Below, piece after piece: positions 31,518-41,982 of a stretch of DNA of 64,000 nt. Position numbers and translations under genes: made by a program. Location: positions 217,885 to 281,884 of the forward strand of contig CAWHHT010000006.1 of the NCBI GenBank assembly GCA_963829205.1, read 5' to 3'. How positions within the stretch are numbered: position 1 is the stretch's first letter; every line of letters begins with the position of its first letter. Below the pieces are notes generated by a model. That model saw nothing but the letters and a program-made list of their open reading frames with translations, made no database searches and was not told where the DNA came from. Source of the stretch: an uncultured Thermoleophilia bacterium (lineage in GTDB: Bacteria > Actinomycetota > Thermoleophilia > UBA2241).

Positions 31518-31545
31518 TTGCCGGCACAGCCGTTTGTGGTAGTAT
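31518..31545 (+). promoter_or_regulatory. candidate promoter TTGCCG-N16-TGgTAGTAT (extended -10) upstream of infA-rpmJ-rpsMKD-rpoA-rplQ
   Basis: good -35/extended -10 match ~30 nt upstream of infA ATG. Confidence 0.45.
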
Positions 31546-31577
31546 GTCAGGCCGCTGTCTGTCTACGAGTGGGGAGT

Positions 31578-31799
31578 ATGGCGAACAAAGAAGAAGCCAT
31601 TGAGATCGAAGGTGAGGTTGTCGAAGCACTGCCGAACACGATGTTCCGCGTTCACCTCGACAACAACCACGAAGTACTCGCCCACATCTCCGGCAAGATG
31701 CGCATGAACTACATCCGCATCCTGCCCGGCGACAGGGTCAAGGTGGAACTGTCGCCCTACGACCTCAGCAGAGGCAGGATCACGTACCGGTTCAAGTAG
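31578..31799 (+). CDS. infA: translation initiation factor IF-1
   Basis: [73 protein letters not shown]. Confidence 0.95.
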   Translation: MANKEEAIEIEGEVVEALPNTMFRVHLDNNHEVLAHISGKMRMNYIRILPGDRVKVELSPYDLSRGRITYRFK

Positions 31800-31875
31800 C
31801 GGCCGCCACAGGTCGCCCGGAGGCGGTGTACGGCGGCCGCAGGCCCGTCGTGCGCTCGAGCAGCGAGGATCTCGG

Positions 31876-31989
31876 ATGAAAGTTAGAGCATCAGTCAAGG
31901 CGATGTGCGAGAAGTGCAAGATCATCCGCCGTCACGGTACGGTGCAGGTGATCTGCTCCAACCCGCGGCATCGTCAGAGGCAGGGGTAA
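31876..31989 (+). CDS. rpmJ: 50S ribosomal protein L36 (bL36), zinc-ribbon C+ form
   Basis: not in ORF track; [37 protein letters not shown]. Confidence 0.9.
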   Translation: MKVRASVKAMCEKCKIIRRHGTVQVICSNPRHRQRQG

Positions 31990-31995
31990 CACCAG

Positions 31996-32367
31996 ATGGC
32001 ACGAATCGCCGGCGTCAACATCCCGCCGCAGAAGCGGGTCGAGATCGGATTGACCTACATCTACGGCATCGGACGCTCCATGTCCAACAAGGTCCTGGGC
32101 GTGGTCGGCATCGATCCGAACACCAAGGTCCGCGACCTTACCGAAGAAGAGATCGTGCGTCTGCGCGAGGCCATCGACCGTGAAGTCACGGTCGAGGGCG
32201 ACCTGCGGCGCGAGCGCTCGCAGAACATCAAGCGCCTGATGGACATCGGCTGCTACCGTGGCATCCGCCACCGTCGTGGCATGCCGGTGAACGGGCAGCG
32301 CACGCGCACCAACGCGCGCTCCCGCAAGGGTCCTAAGAGGACGATCAGCGGCAAGCGCAAGAAGTAG
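31996..32367 (+). CDS. rpsM: 30S ribosomal protein S13 (uS13)
   Basis: 123 aa typical S13. Confidence 0.95.
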   Translation: MARIAGVNIPPQKRVEIGLTYIYGIGRSMSNKVLGVVGIDPNTKVRDLTEEEIVRLREAIDREVTVEGDLRRERSQNIKRLMDIGCYRGIRHRRGMPVNGQRTRTNARSRKGPKRTISGKRKK

Positions 32368-32396
32368 CCGCAGCGAAGCCGGAGGAGTAAAGCAGA

Positions 32397-32795
32397 GTGG
32401 CCAAGCCTCAGAGAGCCAAAGGACGTCAGCGTCGCAAGGTCCGCAAGAACATCGCGGTCGGCCAGGCGCATATCAAGACGTCGTTCAACAACACGCTCGT
32501 TACTCTCACCGACAAAGAGGGCAATGTCATCGCGTGGGAGAGCGCCGGGTCAGTCGGCTTCAAGGGCTCGCGCAAGAGCACGCCCTTCGCCGCGCAGGTC
32601 ACGGCGGAGTCATGCGCCAAGAAGGGCATGGAACACGGTCTCCAGAAGGTCGAGGTCTTCGTTCGCGGACCGGGCTCCGGTCGCGAGACGGCCGTCCGCT
32701 CGCTCCAGGCCGCAGGCCTCGAGATCATCAGTGTCAAAGACGTGACGCCGGTGCCGCACAACGGCTGCCGCCCGCGTAAGCGTCGCCGGGTCTAG
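32397..32795 (+). CDS. rpsK: 30S ribosomal protein S11 (uS11)
   Basis: GTG start after GGAGGAG; 132 aa. Confidence 0.95.
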   Translation: MAKPQRAKGRQRRKVRKNIAVGQAHIKTSFNNTLVTLTDKEGNVIAWESAGSVGFKGSRKSTPFAAQVTAESCAKKGMEHGLQKVEVFVRGPGSGRETAVRSLQAAGLEIISVKDVTPVPHNGCRPRKRRRV

Positions 32796-32806
32796 GGAAG
32801 GTCCAC

Positions 32807-33427
32807 GTGGCGAGAGATACGTCAGCACAGTGCAAGCAGTGTCGCCGCGAGGCCGAGAAGCTCTTCCTCAAGGGCGAGCGGTGCCTCACGGACAAGTGTG
32901 CCGTCGAACGACGCTCGTACCCGCCGGGTGAGCACGGTCGCGGCCGCATCAAGCAGAGCGAATACCTCCTGCAGCTTCGCGAGAAGCAGAAGGCACGTCG
33001 CTACTATCAGCTGCTCGAGAAGCAGTTCCATCACTACTACGAGGTGGCGAGCCGCAAGCAGGGCATCACCGGCGAGAACCTGTTGTGCCTCCTCGAGATG
33101 AGACTCGACAATGTCGTGTATCGCCTGGGCTTCGGCGCGTCGCGCCGCCAGGCACGGCAGCTCGTGCGCCACGCGCATTTCACGGTCAACGGCAAGAAGG
33201 TCGACATCCCGTCGTACCAGGTCCGCCCCGACGACGTCGTGTCGGTGCGCACCAACAGCAAGGCCGTGGAGACCGTGCGCGCCGCCACCGACCTCACGTC
33301 GTCCGTGGCTCCGTGGCTGCTTGTCGACCACGACAACCTGACCGGCAAGGTCCTGCGCGCTCCCGAGCGCGACGAGATCGACACGCCGGTGCAGGAGCAG
33401 CTCATCGTCGAGCTCTACTCCAAGTAA
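32807..33427 (+). CDS. rpsD: 30S ribosomal protein S4 (uS4), zinc-finger form
   Basis: GTG start; N-terminal [23 protein letters not shown]. Confidence 0.95.
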   Translation: MARDTSAQCKQCRREAEKLFLKGERCLTDKCAVERRSYPPGEHGRGRIKQSEYLLQLREKQKARRYYQLLEKQFHHYYEVASRKQGITGENLLCLLEMRLDNVVYRLGFGASRRQARQLVRHAHFTVNGKKVDIPSYQVRPDDVVSVRTNSKAVETVRAATDLTSSVAPWLLVDHDNLTGKVLRAPERDEIDTPVQEQLIVELYSK

Positions 33428-33476
33428 CCCGCTGCAGCAGCTCACTACCCGCGGCGAAGACTCTACAGGAGGCCAG

Positions 33477-34424
33477 TTGCTACAGTTTCAGATGCCCAAC
33501 ATCACCCGCGAGCAGCTCGCCGGCAACCGGGCGCGCTTTGAGGTCGAACCGCTCGACCGCGGTTTCGGGCATACGTTCGGCAACGCGCTGCGCCGGGTCC
33601 TGCTGTCGTCGCTCGAAGGGGCGGCCGTCAGCTCAGTAAAGATCGAAGGTGTCGCTCACGAGTTCACGACCATCAAGGGCGTGAAGGAAGACGTGACCGA
33701 CGTCATCCTCAACCTCAAGGAGCTCGTGTGCCGTCTGCACGGCGAGCTCGACGAGGTTCAGGTACGTCTGTACAAGGACAAGCCCGGCAAGGTCGTGGCC
33801 GCCGACATCGATATCCCGGCCGAGCTCGAGATCCTCAATCCCGACCATCACCTCGCGACGCTGTCGGACGGCGGCGCCATCGAGATGATGCTCACCATCC
33901 GCCGTGGCACGGGCTACGTGCCGGCGGAGGGCAACAAGACGCCGGAGACGGTGATCGGGGTCATCCCGATCGACTCCATCTTCAGCCCCATCAAGCGCGT
34001 CTCGTACCACGTGGAGAGCGCGCGCGTGGGCCAGCGCACCGACTACGACAAGCTCATCCTCGACGTCACGACGAACGGCGCGCTCACGCCGGAGGAAGCC
34101 CTCCGCCAGGCCGCCGAGCTTCTCGTCGACCGGATGTCGATCTTCACCGATCCGGACCGCACGCGCAGCACGGAGGAGTACCCGATCGAGGGGCTCGCCG
34201 CCGGGCCCGCGAGCGGCGGCATGGACGACGTGCTCATCGAAGAGCTCGAGCTTGGCGTCCGTTCCTACAACTGCCTCAAGCGCGAGGGTATCCAGACCGT
34301 CGGCGACCTGGTCTCCAAGACCGAGGCCGAGCTGCTCAACATCCCGAACTTCGGCAAGAAGAGCATCGACGAGGTCAAGGACAAGCTCACCGAGCGGGGG
34401 CTGGCTCTGCGGGGTGACGAGTAA
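33477..34424 (+). CDS. rpoA: DNA-directed RNA polymerase subunit alpha
   Basis: TTG start after CAGGAGG; NTD and alpha-CTD ([15 protein letters not shown]) conserved. Confidence 0.96.
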   Translation: MLQFQMPNITREQLAGNRARFEVEPLDRGFGHTFGNALRRVLLSSLEGAAVSSVKIEGVAHEFTTIKGVKEDVTDVILNLKELVCRLHGELDEVQVRLYKDKPGKVVAADIDIPAELEILNPDHHLATLSDGGAIEMMLTIRRGTGYVPAEGNKTPETVIGVIPIDSIFSPIKRVSYHVESARVGQRTDYDKLILDVTTNGALTPEEALRQAAELLVDRMSIFTDPDRTRSTEEYPIEGLAAGPASGGMDDVLIEELELGVRSYNCLKREGIQTVGDLVSKTEAELLNIPNFGKKSIDEVKDKLTERGLALRGDE

Positions 34425-34425
34425 C

Positions 34426-34776
34426 ATGCGCCATCAGAAGTCAGGCCGCAAGTTCAACATGGCGCCGGACCAGCGCAGCGCGCTGTTGTCGGGCCTTGCG
34501 TGCCAGGTGCTCGAGCACGAGAAAGTGAAGACGGGCGTGGCCCGCGCCAAGGAGGTGCGCCCCCTCGTCGAGGAGGCGATCACCCTCGGCAAGCGCGGCG
34601 ACCTGCACGCGCGCCGGCAGGCCATCTCCATGCTGCGCAACAAGAAGATCGTCTACAAGCTGTTCAACGATGTCGCGCCGCGATACTCGAGCCGCAACGG
34701 CGGCTATACGCGCATCATCAAGCTAGGCCCGAGGCCTGGGGACGGCAGCGAACAGGCGTACATCGAGCTGGTCTAG
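34426..34776 (+). CDS. rplQ: 50S ribosomal protein L17 (bL17)
   Basis: ATG 2 nt after rpoA stop; 116 aa. Confidence 0.95.
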   Translation: MRHQKSGRKFNMAPDQRSALLSGLACQVLEHEKVKTGVARAKEVRPLVEEAITLGKRGDLHARRQAISMLRNKKIVYKLFNDVAPRYSSRNGGYTRIIKLGPRPGDGSEQAYIELV

Positions 34777-34800
34777 TCGCCGGCACGAGAGAACGTGACG

Positions 34801-34847
34801 CGAGGGGCGGGCGGCCGAAAGGCTTCCCGCCCCTCGTTGCGTTTGCG
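34801..34847 (+). terminator. intrinsic terminator downstream of rplQ
   Basis: CGAGGGGCGGG-14 nt loop-CCCGCCCCTCG followed by TTGCGTTTGCG. Confidence 0.55.
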
Positions 34848-35036
34848 ACCGGGGGCTGAGCCCCGGCCGCCGACGGGCCGCCGGACGCCGGCGGAGCCTT
34901 GGTCGCGGTCGGCTGCGCGGCCGCTGCGGCAGGTTGCCCCTCAGCCGCCGTCGCAGCGCGCCTCAGCCGCCACCGCGCGCAGGCGGCCAGGCGCGATGCG
35001 GTAAGCTTCGCCCGGTATGACGGCGAGCGCAGGCAG

Positions 35037-35870
35037 ATGACCGCACCACTGCTCGACATCTCCGGGCTCCACTACCGCTATCCCGGGGCGCGCAGCGACG
35101 CACTCGCCGACCTCGACCTCGCGGTCGGCGAGGGGGAGTTCGTCGCCGTCGTCGGCGCCAACGGCTCGGGCAAATCGACGCTGGCGCGCCTTTTGGGCGG
35201 CCTCGACCGCCCGGCGGCCGCGCGACGCGCGGACGCGTGCGGCCACGATCTGCTGACCGGCGACGGCCGCCTCGCGGCGCGCCGCGACGTCGGCGTCCTC
35301 TTCCAGAACCCCGAGAACCAGCTTGTCGCGGAGCACGTGGAGGAGGACGTCGCCTTCGGTCTTGAGAATCTCGGGTGGACGAGCGCCGACATCCGCGGCC
35401 GCGTCGACGAGATGCTGACCCGCTTCGACCTCACGGACCTGCGGCGGCGCGAACCTCACCTGCTGTCCGGCGGCCAGAAGCAGCGCGCGGCGTTGGCGGG
35501 GGTGCTCGCGATCCCGCGCCGCGCCCTCGTGCTCGACGAACCGACGGCGATGCTTGACCCGGCGGGGCGCGCCGACGTGCTCGCGGCCGTCGCGGCGCTG
35601 CGCGACGAGGGGTTGGCGATCGTCTACGTCACGCAGGAGATGGACGAGGTCGTCGGCGCCGACAGGGTCGTCGCACTCGAACACGGCTCAGAGGTCTACG
35701 CCGGCGGAGTGGACGGTCTCTTCGCCGACGGCGGACTCGTGGAACGCCTCAATCTCGGCCTGCCGGTCGCCGCCGATGTGGCTCAGGAGATGGCGCGGCG
35801 CGGCCGGCCGCTCGCTGCGCTGCCGCTCACCCTTGACGATCTGTTGATCGGGCTGGGCGGACCGGGATGA
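35037..35870 (+). CDS. ecfA1: energy-coupling factor (ECF) transporter ATPase subunit
   Basis: Walker A GANGSGKST, signature LSGGQKQR; conserved rplQ-ecfA-ecfA-ecfT-truA neighbourhood; internal ATG of ORF 34899..35870. Confidence 0.85.
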   Translation: MTAPLLDISGLHYRYPGARSDALADLDLAVGEGEFVAVVGANGSGKSTLARLLGGLDRPAAARRADACGHDLLTGDGRLAARRDVGVLFQNPENQLVAEHVEEDVAFGLENLGWTSADIRGRVDEMLTRFDLTDLRRREPHLLSGGQKQRAALAGVLAIPRRALVLDEPTAMLDPAGRADVLAAVAALRDEGLAIVYVTQEMDEVVGADRVVALEHGSEVYAGGVDGLFADGGLVERLNLGLPVAADVAQEMARRGRPLAALPLTLDDLLIGLGGPG

Positions 35871-35984
35871 ACCGGGCTGGAGAAGGCGCGGGGCAAACGG
35901 GCGCGCCCACAGACATCGGCGCCCGGCTTGCCTGGAGACCGGCGTGCCGGCACGCCGGGCACCGGGGCGGGCGCGGCAACAGGG

Positions 35985-36801
35985 ATGCGCCTCGTGTGCC
36001 GCGGCGTGACCTTCTCCTACGAGGAGGGTCGGGAAGCGGTGCCGGCCGTGCTCGACGTCGGCTTCGAGCTAGGAGCCGGCGGTTCGCTCGCCTTGCTCGG
36101 TGCATCCGGCGCCGGCAAGTCGACGCTGCTGCAACTGGTGCGAGGCCTCGACGAGCCGGAGGCAGGCAGTGTGGTGCTGGACGGTGTGGAGCCGAGTGGG
36201 GACGGCTATGCCGGTCTCCGCCGCGAGATCGGCCTGGTGTTCCAGATCCCGGAGCTCCAACTGTTCGCGCCGTCGGCGCGCGAGGATGTGGCCTTCGGGC
36301 CACGACGGCTGGGCTGGAGCGATGAGCACATCGCGGAGCGCGGTGTCCGCTGCTCTGGAGCTGGTCGGCCTGCCGGGCGAGACGTTCGGCGACCGTCACC
36401 CCTATGCCCTCTCCGGGGGCGAGCAGCGGCGGCTGGCGCTCGCGGGCGTGCTCGCGATGCAGCCCAGACTGCTGCTCCTCGACGAACCCTTCGTCAGCCT
36501 CGATCCAGGGACGAGGCGCCAGCTCGCCGAGATCCTCCGGCGGCTCAAGGCCCAAGGCGTGACCATCGTTCTGGCCACGCACGACGTTGACCTGGCGTGG
36601 TCCCTCTGCGATGAGGCGCTCGTGCTGAGCGAGGGTGCGGTGGCGGCCTGTGGGGCGTGGGAGTTCGGTGCCGCTGGCGGCGACCTGCTGGCGCGCAACC
36701 GGCTTCGGGAGCCCTTTCTGGTGGAGTTGTGGCGGCGGCTGGGGCGTGACCTTGCGACGGCACCTCGTACCGCCGCCGAGGCCGCGGAGATGCTGGCGTG
36801 A
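35985..36801 (+). pseudogene. ecfA2: ECF transporter ATPase subunit; one apparent +1 frameshift near 36342 (CGCGGTG vs CGCGTG)
   Basis: GASGAGKST Walker A in ORF 35928..36590 frame, then LSGGEQRR...LLLLDEP...H-loop in ORF 36100..36801 frame; start alternatively TTG 35928. Confidence 0.8.
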
Positions 36802-37580
36802 AGCCGACGATCGCGCAGTACTACCCGGGCGACTCGCTCATGCACCGGCTGGACCCCCGCGCCAAGTTCGTCGCCGTGAGCGCGCTGGCGGTGGCGCTGT
36901 TCGTCCGCGACTCGTTCCTCGGCTTGGCCATCTACGCGGCCGCGGCGGCTCTCGCCTACGCCATCAGCGGAGTGCCCGTGCGGTGGTTCTGGCGCGCGTT
37001 CAGGCCCCTGCTGTGGCTGGTCGGACTGACGTTCGTCGCCCAGGTCGTCTTCGCGCCGGGGACCCCCTTCTTCAGCTTCTGGTTCATCCACCTGTCGTGG
37101 AGCGGCATAGAGCTGGCGGCCTTCCTGAGTCTGCGCCTCGTGGTGCTCGTGCTCGCGGGCTCGGTGCTCACCTTGACGACGGCGCCGATGGCGCTCACGG
37201 ACGGCCTCGCCTGGCTCGGTCGCCCGCTGCGCCGCATCAAGGTGCCCACGGACGAGCTCGCGCTCATGGTGACGATCGCGCTCCGCTTCATCCCGACGCT
37301 GCTGGTGGAGCTGGACACGATCATGCGCGCCCAGCGCGCCCGGGGCGCCGACTTTCGCAGCGGCGGCCTGCGCGAACGCGCCCGCGCGCTGGTCCCGGTG
37401 CTCATCCCGCTGTTCGTGCTCAGCTTCCGGCGCGCCGACGACCTGGCGCTCGCGATGGAGGCGCGCTGCTACCAGCCGGGCATCGTGCGCACGCGCCTGC
37501 ACCCACTACGGGCCCGGACCGCCGACGCGCTGTTGCTCGTCGTGACGGCGGCGGTCATCGCTGTGGGGCTCCTTGTGTAG
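36798..37580 (+). CDS. ecfT: ECF transporter transmembrane (T) component
   Basis: GTG overlapping ecfA2 stop; hydrophobic 260 aa CbiQ-family. Confidence 0.85.
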   Translation: MKPTIAQYYPGDSLMHRLDPRAKFVAVSALAVALFVRDSFLGLAIYAAAAALAYAISGVPVRWFWRAFRPLLWLVGLTFVAQVVFAPGTPFFSFWFIHLSWSGIELAAFLSLRLVVLVLAGSVLTLTTAPMALTDGLAWLGRPLRRIKVPTDELALMVTIALRFIPTLLVELDTIMRAQRARGADFRSGGLRERARALVPVLIPLFVLSFRRADDLALAMEARCYQPGIVRTRLHPLRARTADALLLVVTAAVIAVGLLV

Positions 37581-37589
37581 GATGCCGGT

Positions 37590-38405
37590 GTGAATCAGCC
37601 CCACATCGAAAGGCCCACGCCGGAGCCCGCCGCCGAAGCCGACGCCGGCGGGGCGGTCTGGCGCCTCGACGTGACGTATGAAGGGACGGGCTTTCGCGGC
37701 TGGGCGAAGCAGCCCGGTCTGCGCACCGTCGAGGGAGTCATGCAGGAGGCGCTTGCGACGGTGCTCGGCGAGACGGTGCGCCTCAGCGTCGCCGGGCGCA
37801 CCGACGCCGGGGTGCACGCTTGGGCTCAGGTCGTGTCGTTCGCGACGGCTCGACACGGTGTGCGGTCGGACCAGTTGCGCCGCTCTCTCAACGCCCTGCT
37901 GCCGCCGGACGTCGGCGTCGAAGCGGCGGCTCGGGCGCCGGCAGGGTTCGTGGCGCGTCAGGCGAGCTCGCGCTCGTACGCGTACCGCCTGTGGATCGCG
38001 CCGTTCAAGCCGGTGCGCGAGCGCGCGTGGGTGTGGGCGGTGCGCGGGCCGCTGGACACGGCCGCGCTGTCCGAAGCTGCCGCTCTGGTGCCTGGGCGCC
38101 GGGACTTCGCCGCCCTCACACCTTCGGCGCATCTGTACCACAGCTGCGTGCGTGAGGTGACCCGGGCAGCCTGGCGGCCAGTACCCCCGATCGACGGCGG
38201 TTCGCACCGGGAATGGGTCTTCGAGATCGCCGCCGGCAGCTTCCTGCACAACATGGTGCGCGTCGCCGTGGGGTCGATGGTGGACGTAGCGCAGGGGAGG
38301 ATGACGCTCGAGCGGTTCGCAACGGTGCTCGAGGGAGGGAGGCGCCGCGACATGGGGCAGACGGCGCCGTCGCGCGGGCTCGCCCTCGTCGGGGTCACGT
38401 ACTGA
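37590..38405 (+). CDS. truA: tRNA pseudouridine(38-40) synthase TruA
   Basis: GRTDAGVHA catalytic Asp motif; conserved position after ecf genes. Confidence 0.88.
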   Translation: MNQPHIERPTPEPAAEADAGGAVWRLDVTYEGTGFRGWAKQPGLRTVEGVMQEALATVLGETVRLSVAGRTDAGVHAWAQVVSFATARHGVRSDQLRRSLNALLPPDVGVEAAARAPAGFVARQASSRSYAYRLWIAPFKPVRERAWVWAVRGPLDTAALSEAAALVPGRRDFAALTPSAHLYHSCVREVTRAAWRPVPPIDGGSHREWVFEIAAGSFLHNMVRVAVGSMVDVAQGRMTLERFATVLEGGRRRDMGQTAPSRGLALVGVTY

Positions 38406-38408
38406 CGG

Positions 38409-39626
38409 TCAGTTCGTCAGGAACTTCTGCACCATCTTCTGCCGCGCCGCCTCCGACGGTGGAAGCACGTAGGCTCCGCCGTTGATCCACGCCGGCGTGC
38501 CGACCATCACCTGCCTCGTGCCGCCGGTCGCCCTCCACTTGAGGTAGGCGAGCTCGATGATCTGGTTGGCGCTGAGGTCGGTGGCGACACCGCTCATGAA
38601 GCGCTTGCCGATCTCGGGCAGCTTGGTGGCGTTGGACGGCCGCGCGATCTTCTTGACGAGCGCCTGCACGAACGCCTGCTGGCGCGCGGCACGGTGGAAG
38701 TCGTCGTCGGCGTGGCGGATACGCACGTACAGCATCGCGTACTTGCCGTTGAAGTGGTGCATGCCTTTCTCGAAGGTCACAGGACGACCGTACTTGCCGA
38801 CGATCGTGCTGATCGTCTTGGGGACGTAGAGGTCGACACCGCCCACCGCGTCGACGAGTCGCGGGAAGCCGCGGAAGTTCACGATCATGACGTGGTTCAC
38901 GTCGATGCCCAGGTACTGCTTGACCGTCTTGATGGCCATGGACGGCCCGCCCCAGAACATCGCCTCATTGATCTTGGTCGACCCCTGGCCTTGGACCGGC
39001 ACATAGGTGTCGCGCGGGATCGAAAGCTGGTTGATGGTGTGTGTGCCGGGGTTGAAGCGCATGAGCATGATCGTGTCCGAGCGGGCCGGCTCGCCAGCTT
39101 TGCTGTCGACGCCGAAGAGCAGCAACGTCGTGCCCTTGCGCCAGATCCAGCCGTTGTCGGGAGCGAGCTGGGCGCGGACGTTGTGGTCGATGTGCGCGTT
39201 GGCGCCGGCCACCTTGTCGAGACGCCGGTTGGCCGCGGCGACCGAGCGCGAGAACTTCTGGTAGCCCGGCCAGGCGAGGACGGTGACGACGACGCCGGCG
39301 ACGACCAGCACGAGGAAGAGCGCGATGGGGACGTGCCACCAGCGAAAGCGCCGCCGGCGTTGCGGTGGTGCGGACTCGCCGGCCGGCCGCTTGCCGCCGC
39401 GGCCGGCGGCCGGCGGAGCGCCGTACACCTGGTAGTCCTTGCCGGCGCCCTGGCCGTTGCCGCGCGGGGCCTCACCCTGCGGGTCCGCCTGCCCGCGCTT
39501 CGGCTCGCGCGCCGGGCGCGCGCCGGCCAGCTCGTCGTCGAGCGCCCGGCGCCTGCCGCGACCGGCCTTGTAGGTCTTGTAGGGCTTGGACCCTTGTCTG
39601 TCGTTGTCTGCCATGTGATCGTCCAC
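38409..39626 (-). CDS. LCP (LytR-CpsA-Psr) family cell-envelope polymer transferase, N-terminal basic cytoplasmic tail + TM
   Basis: single TM (WWHVPIALFLVLVVAGVVVTVLAW) then LCP domain (LLLFGVDS...RSDTIMLMRFNP...IPRDTYV); GTG start; convergent with truA. Confidence 0.85.
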   Translation of the reverse strand: MDDHMADNDRQGSKPYKTYKAGRGRRRALDDELAGARPAREPKRGQADPQGEAPRGNGQGAGKDYQVYGAPPAAGRGGKRPAGESAPPQRRRRFRWWHVPIALFLVLVVAGVVVTVLAWPGYQKFSRSVAAANRRLDKVAGANAHIDHNVRAQLAPDNGWIWRKGTTLLLFGVDSKAGEPARSDTIMLMRFNPGTHTINQLSIPRDTYVPVQGQGSTKINEAMFWGGPSMAIKTVKQYLGIDVNHVMIVNFRGFPRLVDAVGGVDLYVPKTISTIVGKYGRPVTFEKGMHHFNGKYAMLYVRIRHADDDFHRAARQQAFVQALVKKIARPSNATKLPEIGKRFMSGVATDLSANQIIELAYLKWRATGGTRQVMVGTPAWINGGAYVLPPSEAARQKMVQKFLTN

Positions 39627-39757
39627 TGCTCGCGGCGCACGAAAACGCCCGGCGAGAAGTGGTGGGGAGCGGGGCGCTGGCCTTGCTGCAGGACTACGCC
39701 TCGAGGGGGGCGTTTCCTGCAGTCACGAGTCTACACCATGGTAAGCTGCGGGTCGCC

Positions 39758-40774
39758 ATGGAGCCGGACCACACGATCATCGGAGTCGATATCGGGGGCA
39801 CCAAGGTGGCCGCGGCGCTCCTGCGCGGGCGCCTGCCTGAGCCGGGCGTGCACGCGCTCGCCGACGTGGAGACGCCGGCGGTGCTGGAGAGGTTCACGGC
39901 CGCCACCGAGGCCTCTTCGGCGGAGGCCTGCCTGCGCGGCGTCGAGGAGTGCCTGGCGCGGCTCGCCGCCGCCGGGACGGTGGAGGCGATCGGCGTCGGC
40001 GTCGCCTCGTGCGTCGACTATGACGCCGGCACAGTCGTGCACTCGGTCAACTTGCCACTCGGCGACATTCCCCTGCGCAACGAGCTCGAGCGCGTCTTCG
40101 GCGTGCCCGTCGCTCTCGACAACGATGCCACCGCAGCGACCGTCGGCGAGCACACCTACGGCGCCGGCGTCGGGACTCGCGAGATGCTGATGCTCACGCT
40201 CGGCACCGGTGTGGGCGGCGGCATCATCAGCGGCGGCCGCCCGTACCGCGGTTTCAGCGGCGCGGCGGCTGAGCTGGGCCATGTGACGCTCGACCTCGAC
40301 GGGCCGGACTGCCCCGCCGACTGCCCCAACCGCGGGTGTCTCGAGGCCTACGTCGCCGGACCGGCGATGGGCGCCGCGGCGCGCGCGGCCGCCGAGGCGG
40401 AGCCCGGCTCGGGTCTGGGTCGCGCCCTGGCGGCCGGCGAGCCCGTGGACGGGCCGTTGCTCTCGCGGCTGGCCCTGGCCGGAGATCCGGTGGCCGCGGG
40501 CGTGCTGGCGCGCCTCGGCACCCTTCTCGGCGTCGGGCTCACGACCCTGGTCAACATCTTCAATCCCGAGCTGATCGTGATCGGCGGCGGCGCGGCGGCG
40601 GCGGGCGAGCTGCTGCTCGCGCCGTCCCGCCGCGTCATCGCCGAGCGAGCCCTCCCGCCGGCGCGCGACCAGGTGCGAGTCACCGGCGCGATCCTGGGTC
40701 CGGACGCCGGCATCATGGGCGCCGCCGCCCTGGCGCTGGCGAAGCTGGCCGAGCGCGCGCCGGGCCCTTCTTGA
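39758..40774 (+). CDS. ROK-family sugar kinase (glucokinase-like; no N-terminal HTH)
   Basis: IIGVDIGGTKV ... LDNDATAATVGE ... ELGHVTLDLDGPDCPADCPNRGCLE zinc motif; internal ATG of ORF 39365..40774. Confidence 0.85.
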   Translation: MEPDHTIIGVDIGGTKVAAALLRGRLPEPGVHALADVETPAVLERFTAATEASSAEACLRGVEECLARLAAAGTVEAIGVGVASCVDYDAGTVVHSVNLPLGDIPLRNELERVFGVPVALDNDATAATVGEHTYGAGVGTREMLMLTLGTGVGGGIISGGRPYRGFSGAAAELGHVTLDLDGPDCPADCPNRGCLEAYVAGPAMGAAARAAAEAEPGSGLGRALAAGEPVDGPLLSRLALAGDPVAAGVLARLGTLLGVGLTTLVNIFNPELIVIGGGAAAAGELLLAPSRRVIAERALPPARDQVRVTGAILGPDAGIMGAAALALAKLAERAPGPS

Positions 40775-40800
40775 CTTCGCGTCGGCCATATCGGTAAATG
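40771..40800 (+). promoter_or_regulatory. candidate promoter TTGACT-N18-TAAATG upstream of ferredoxin gene
   Basis: AT-richer stretch; AGGAGG RBS follows. Confidence 0.3.
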
Positions 40801-40861
40801 AGAAATGAAATCCCGCGCGTCCTGCGTCTGCAGCGCGCCTACAGGAGGTGACGACAACCAC

Positions 40862-41032
40862 ATGGCCTACAAGATCACCGATGAGTGTCTCGCGTGTGGC
40901 GCCTGCGTCGACGAGTGCCCCAACGAGGCTATCTCCGAAGACGATCCCATCTACGTGATCGACGCCGAGAAGTGCGACGAATGCGCGACGTGCGTCGACG
41001 CCTGCCCGAGTGAGGCGATCGTCCCCGAGTGA
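40862..41032 (+). CDS. fdx: 2x[4Fe-4S] ferredoxin (56 aa)
   Basis: two CxxCxxCxxxCP motifs ([24 protein letters not shown]). Confidence 0.85.
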   Translation: MAYKITDECLACGACVDECPNEAISEDDPIYVIDAEKCDECATCVDACPSEAIVPE

Positions 41033-41060
41033 CGACTGCCCGGGGCGCGTGAAGATGTGA

Positions 41061-41095
41061 GGGCCGGCTCCGTGAGGAGCCGGCCCTTCTGCGTT
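41061..41095. terminator. bidirectional terminator between convergent fdx and methyltransferase genes
   Basis: AGGGCCGGCTCC-GTGA-GGAGCCGGCCCT then TCTGCGTT. Confidence 0.5.
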
Positions 41096-41982
41096 CAGGG
41101 AGCCGGGCGGCCGCGAGGCGTCTCGCCGAGACCCGTGCTCCCCGTCTCGCCCGTGGTGACGATCTCCGGCTCGTCCCACGCCAGCCGAGCGGCCATCACG
41201 GCGACTGCCTCGGGGTTGACGTCCACAAGCAAGTAGCCGCGTCCGTTGCGCGCCGCGGCCTCGCCCGTCGTGCCGCTCCCGGCGAAGAAGTCGACCACGA
41301 GGTCGCCCGGGTCCGAGTGCACGCGCACGATCCGCTCGAGGATGCGCAACGGCTTCTGCGTGGGGTAGCCGGTCTTCTCCTTGCCTGTGGGGCTGACGAT
41401 GGTGTTCCACCACACGTCAGTCGGCACCTTGCCCCGTGCCGCCTTCTCGGGCCCGACGAGGCCCGGGGCCATGTAGGGCACGCGGTCGATGTCGTCGTAG
41501 CGGAAGACGTAGCGTGCCGGATCGGCCGCGTACCAGAAGATCGTGTCGTGCTTCGCGGCCCAGCGGGTCCGTGAGCGCCCGCCGTAGTCGTAGGCCCAAA
41601 CGATCTCGTTGATGAACGACTCGCGGCCGAAGAGCTCGTCAAGCAGGATCTTGCAGTAGTGCGCCTCGCGGCTGTCGATGTGGAAGAAGAGCGAGCCGTC
41701 GGGCGTGAGAATGCGCCGCGCCGCCTCGAGACGCGGCGCCAGGAAGCCGAGGTAGTCGTCGTACGCGTCCTCCCAGGCCGAGGCGCCGAGCACCTCGGTG
41801 CGGTAGCGGCGCCCCTTGAAGCCGGTGCGGTCGCCAGCCGCATCGTCGCGCACGGTGCGCAGGCGCGTGCGCCGCTGGCTATGGCCGGTGTTGAACGGCG
41901 GATCGATATAGACGAGGCGGGCGCAGGCGTCCGGCAGGCCTGCGAGGACCTCCAGGTTGTCGCCGAGAACGATGCGCTTCAC
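41095..41982 (-). CDS. beta-class DNA amino-methyltransferase (N6-adenine or N4-cytosine), no adjacent restriction endonuclease
   Basis: motif IV IDPPFNTG precedes motif I FFAGSGTT; GTG start overlapping GNAT stop. Confidence 0.8.
   Translation of the reverse strand: MKRIVLGDNLEVLAGLPDACARLVYIDPPFNTGHSQRRTRLRTVRDDAAGDRTGFKGRRYRTEVLGASAWEDAYDDYLGFLAPRLEAARRILTPDGSLFFHIDSREAHYCKILLDELFGRESFINEIVWAYDYGGRSRTRWAAKHDTIFWYAADPARYVFRYDDIDRVPYMAPGLVGPEKAARGKVPTDVWWNTIVSPTGKEKTGYPTQKPLRILERIVRVHSDPGDLVVDFFAGSGTTGEAAARNGRGYLLVDVNPEAVAVMAARLAWDEPEIVTTGETGSTGLGETPRGRPAP

Noticed and set aside
36402-37502. 366-aa minus-strand ORF antisense to ecfA2/ecfT
   Set aside because: - Arg/Glu/Asp-rich low-complexity translation opposite clearly conserved ECF transporter genes.
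- Spurious.
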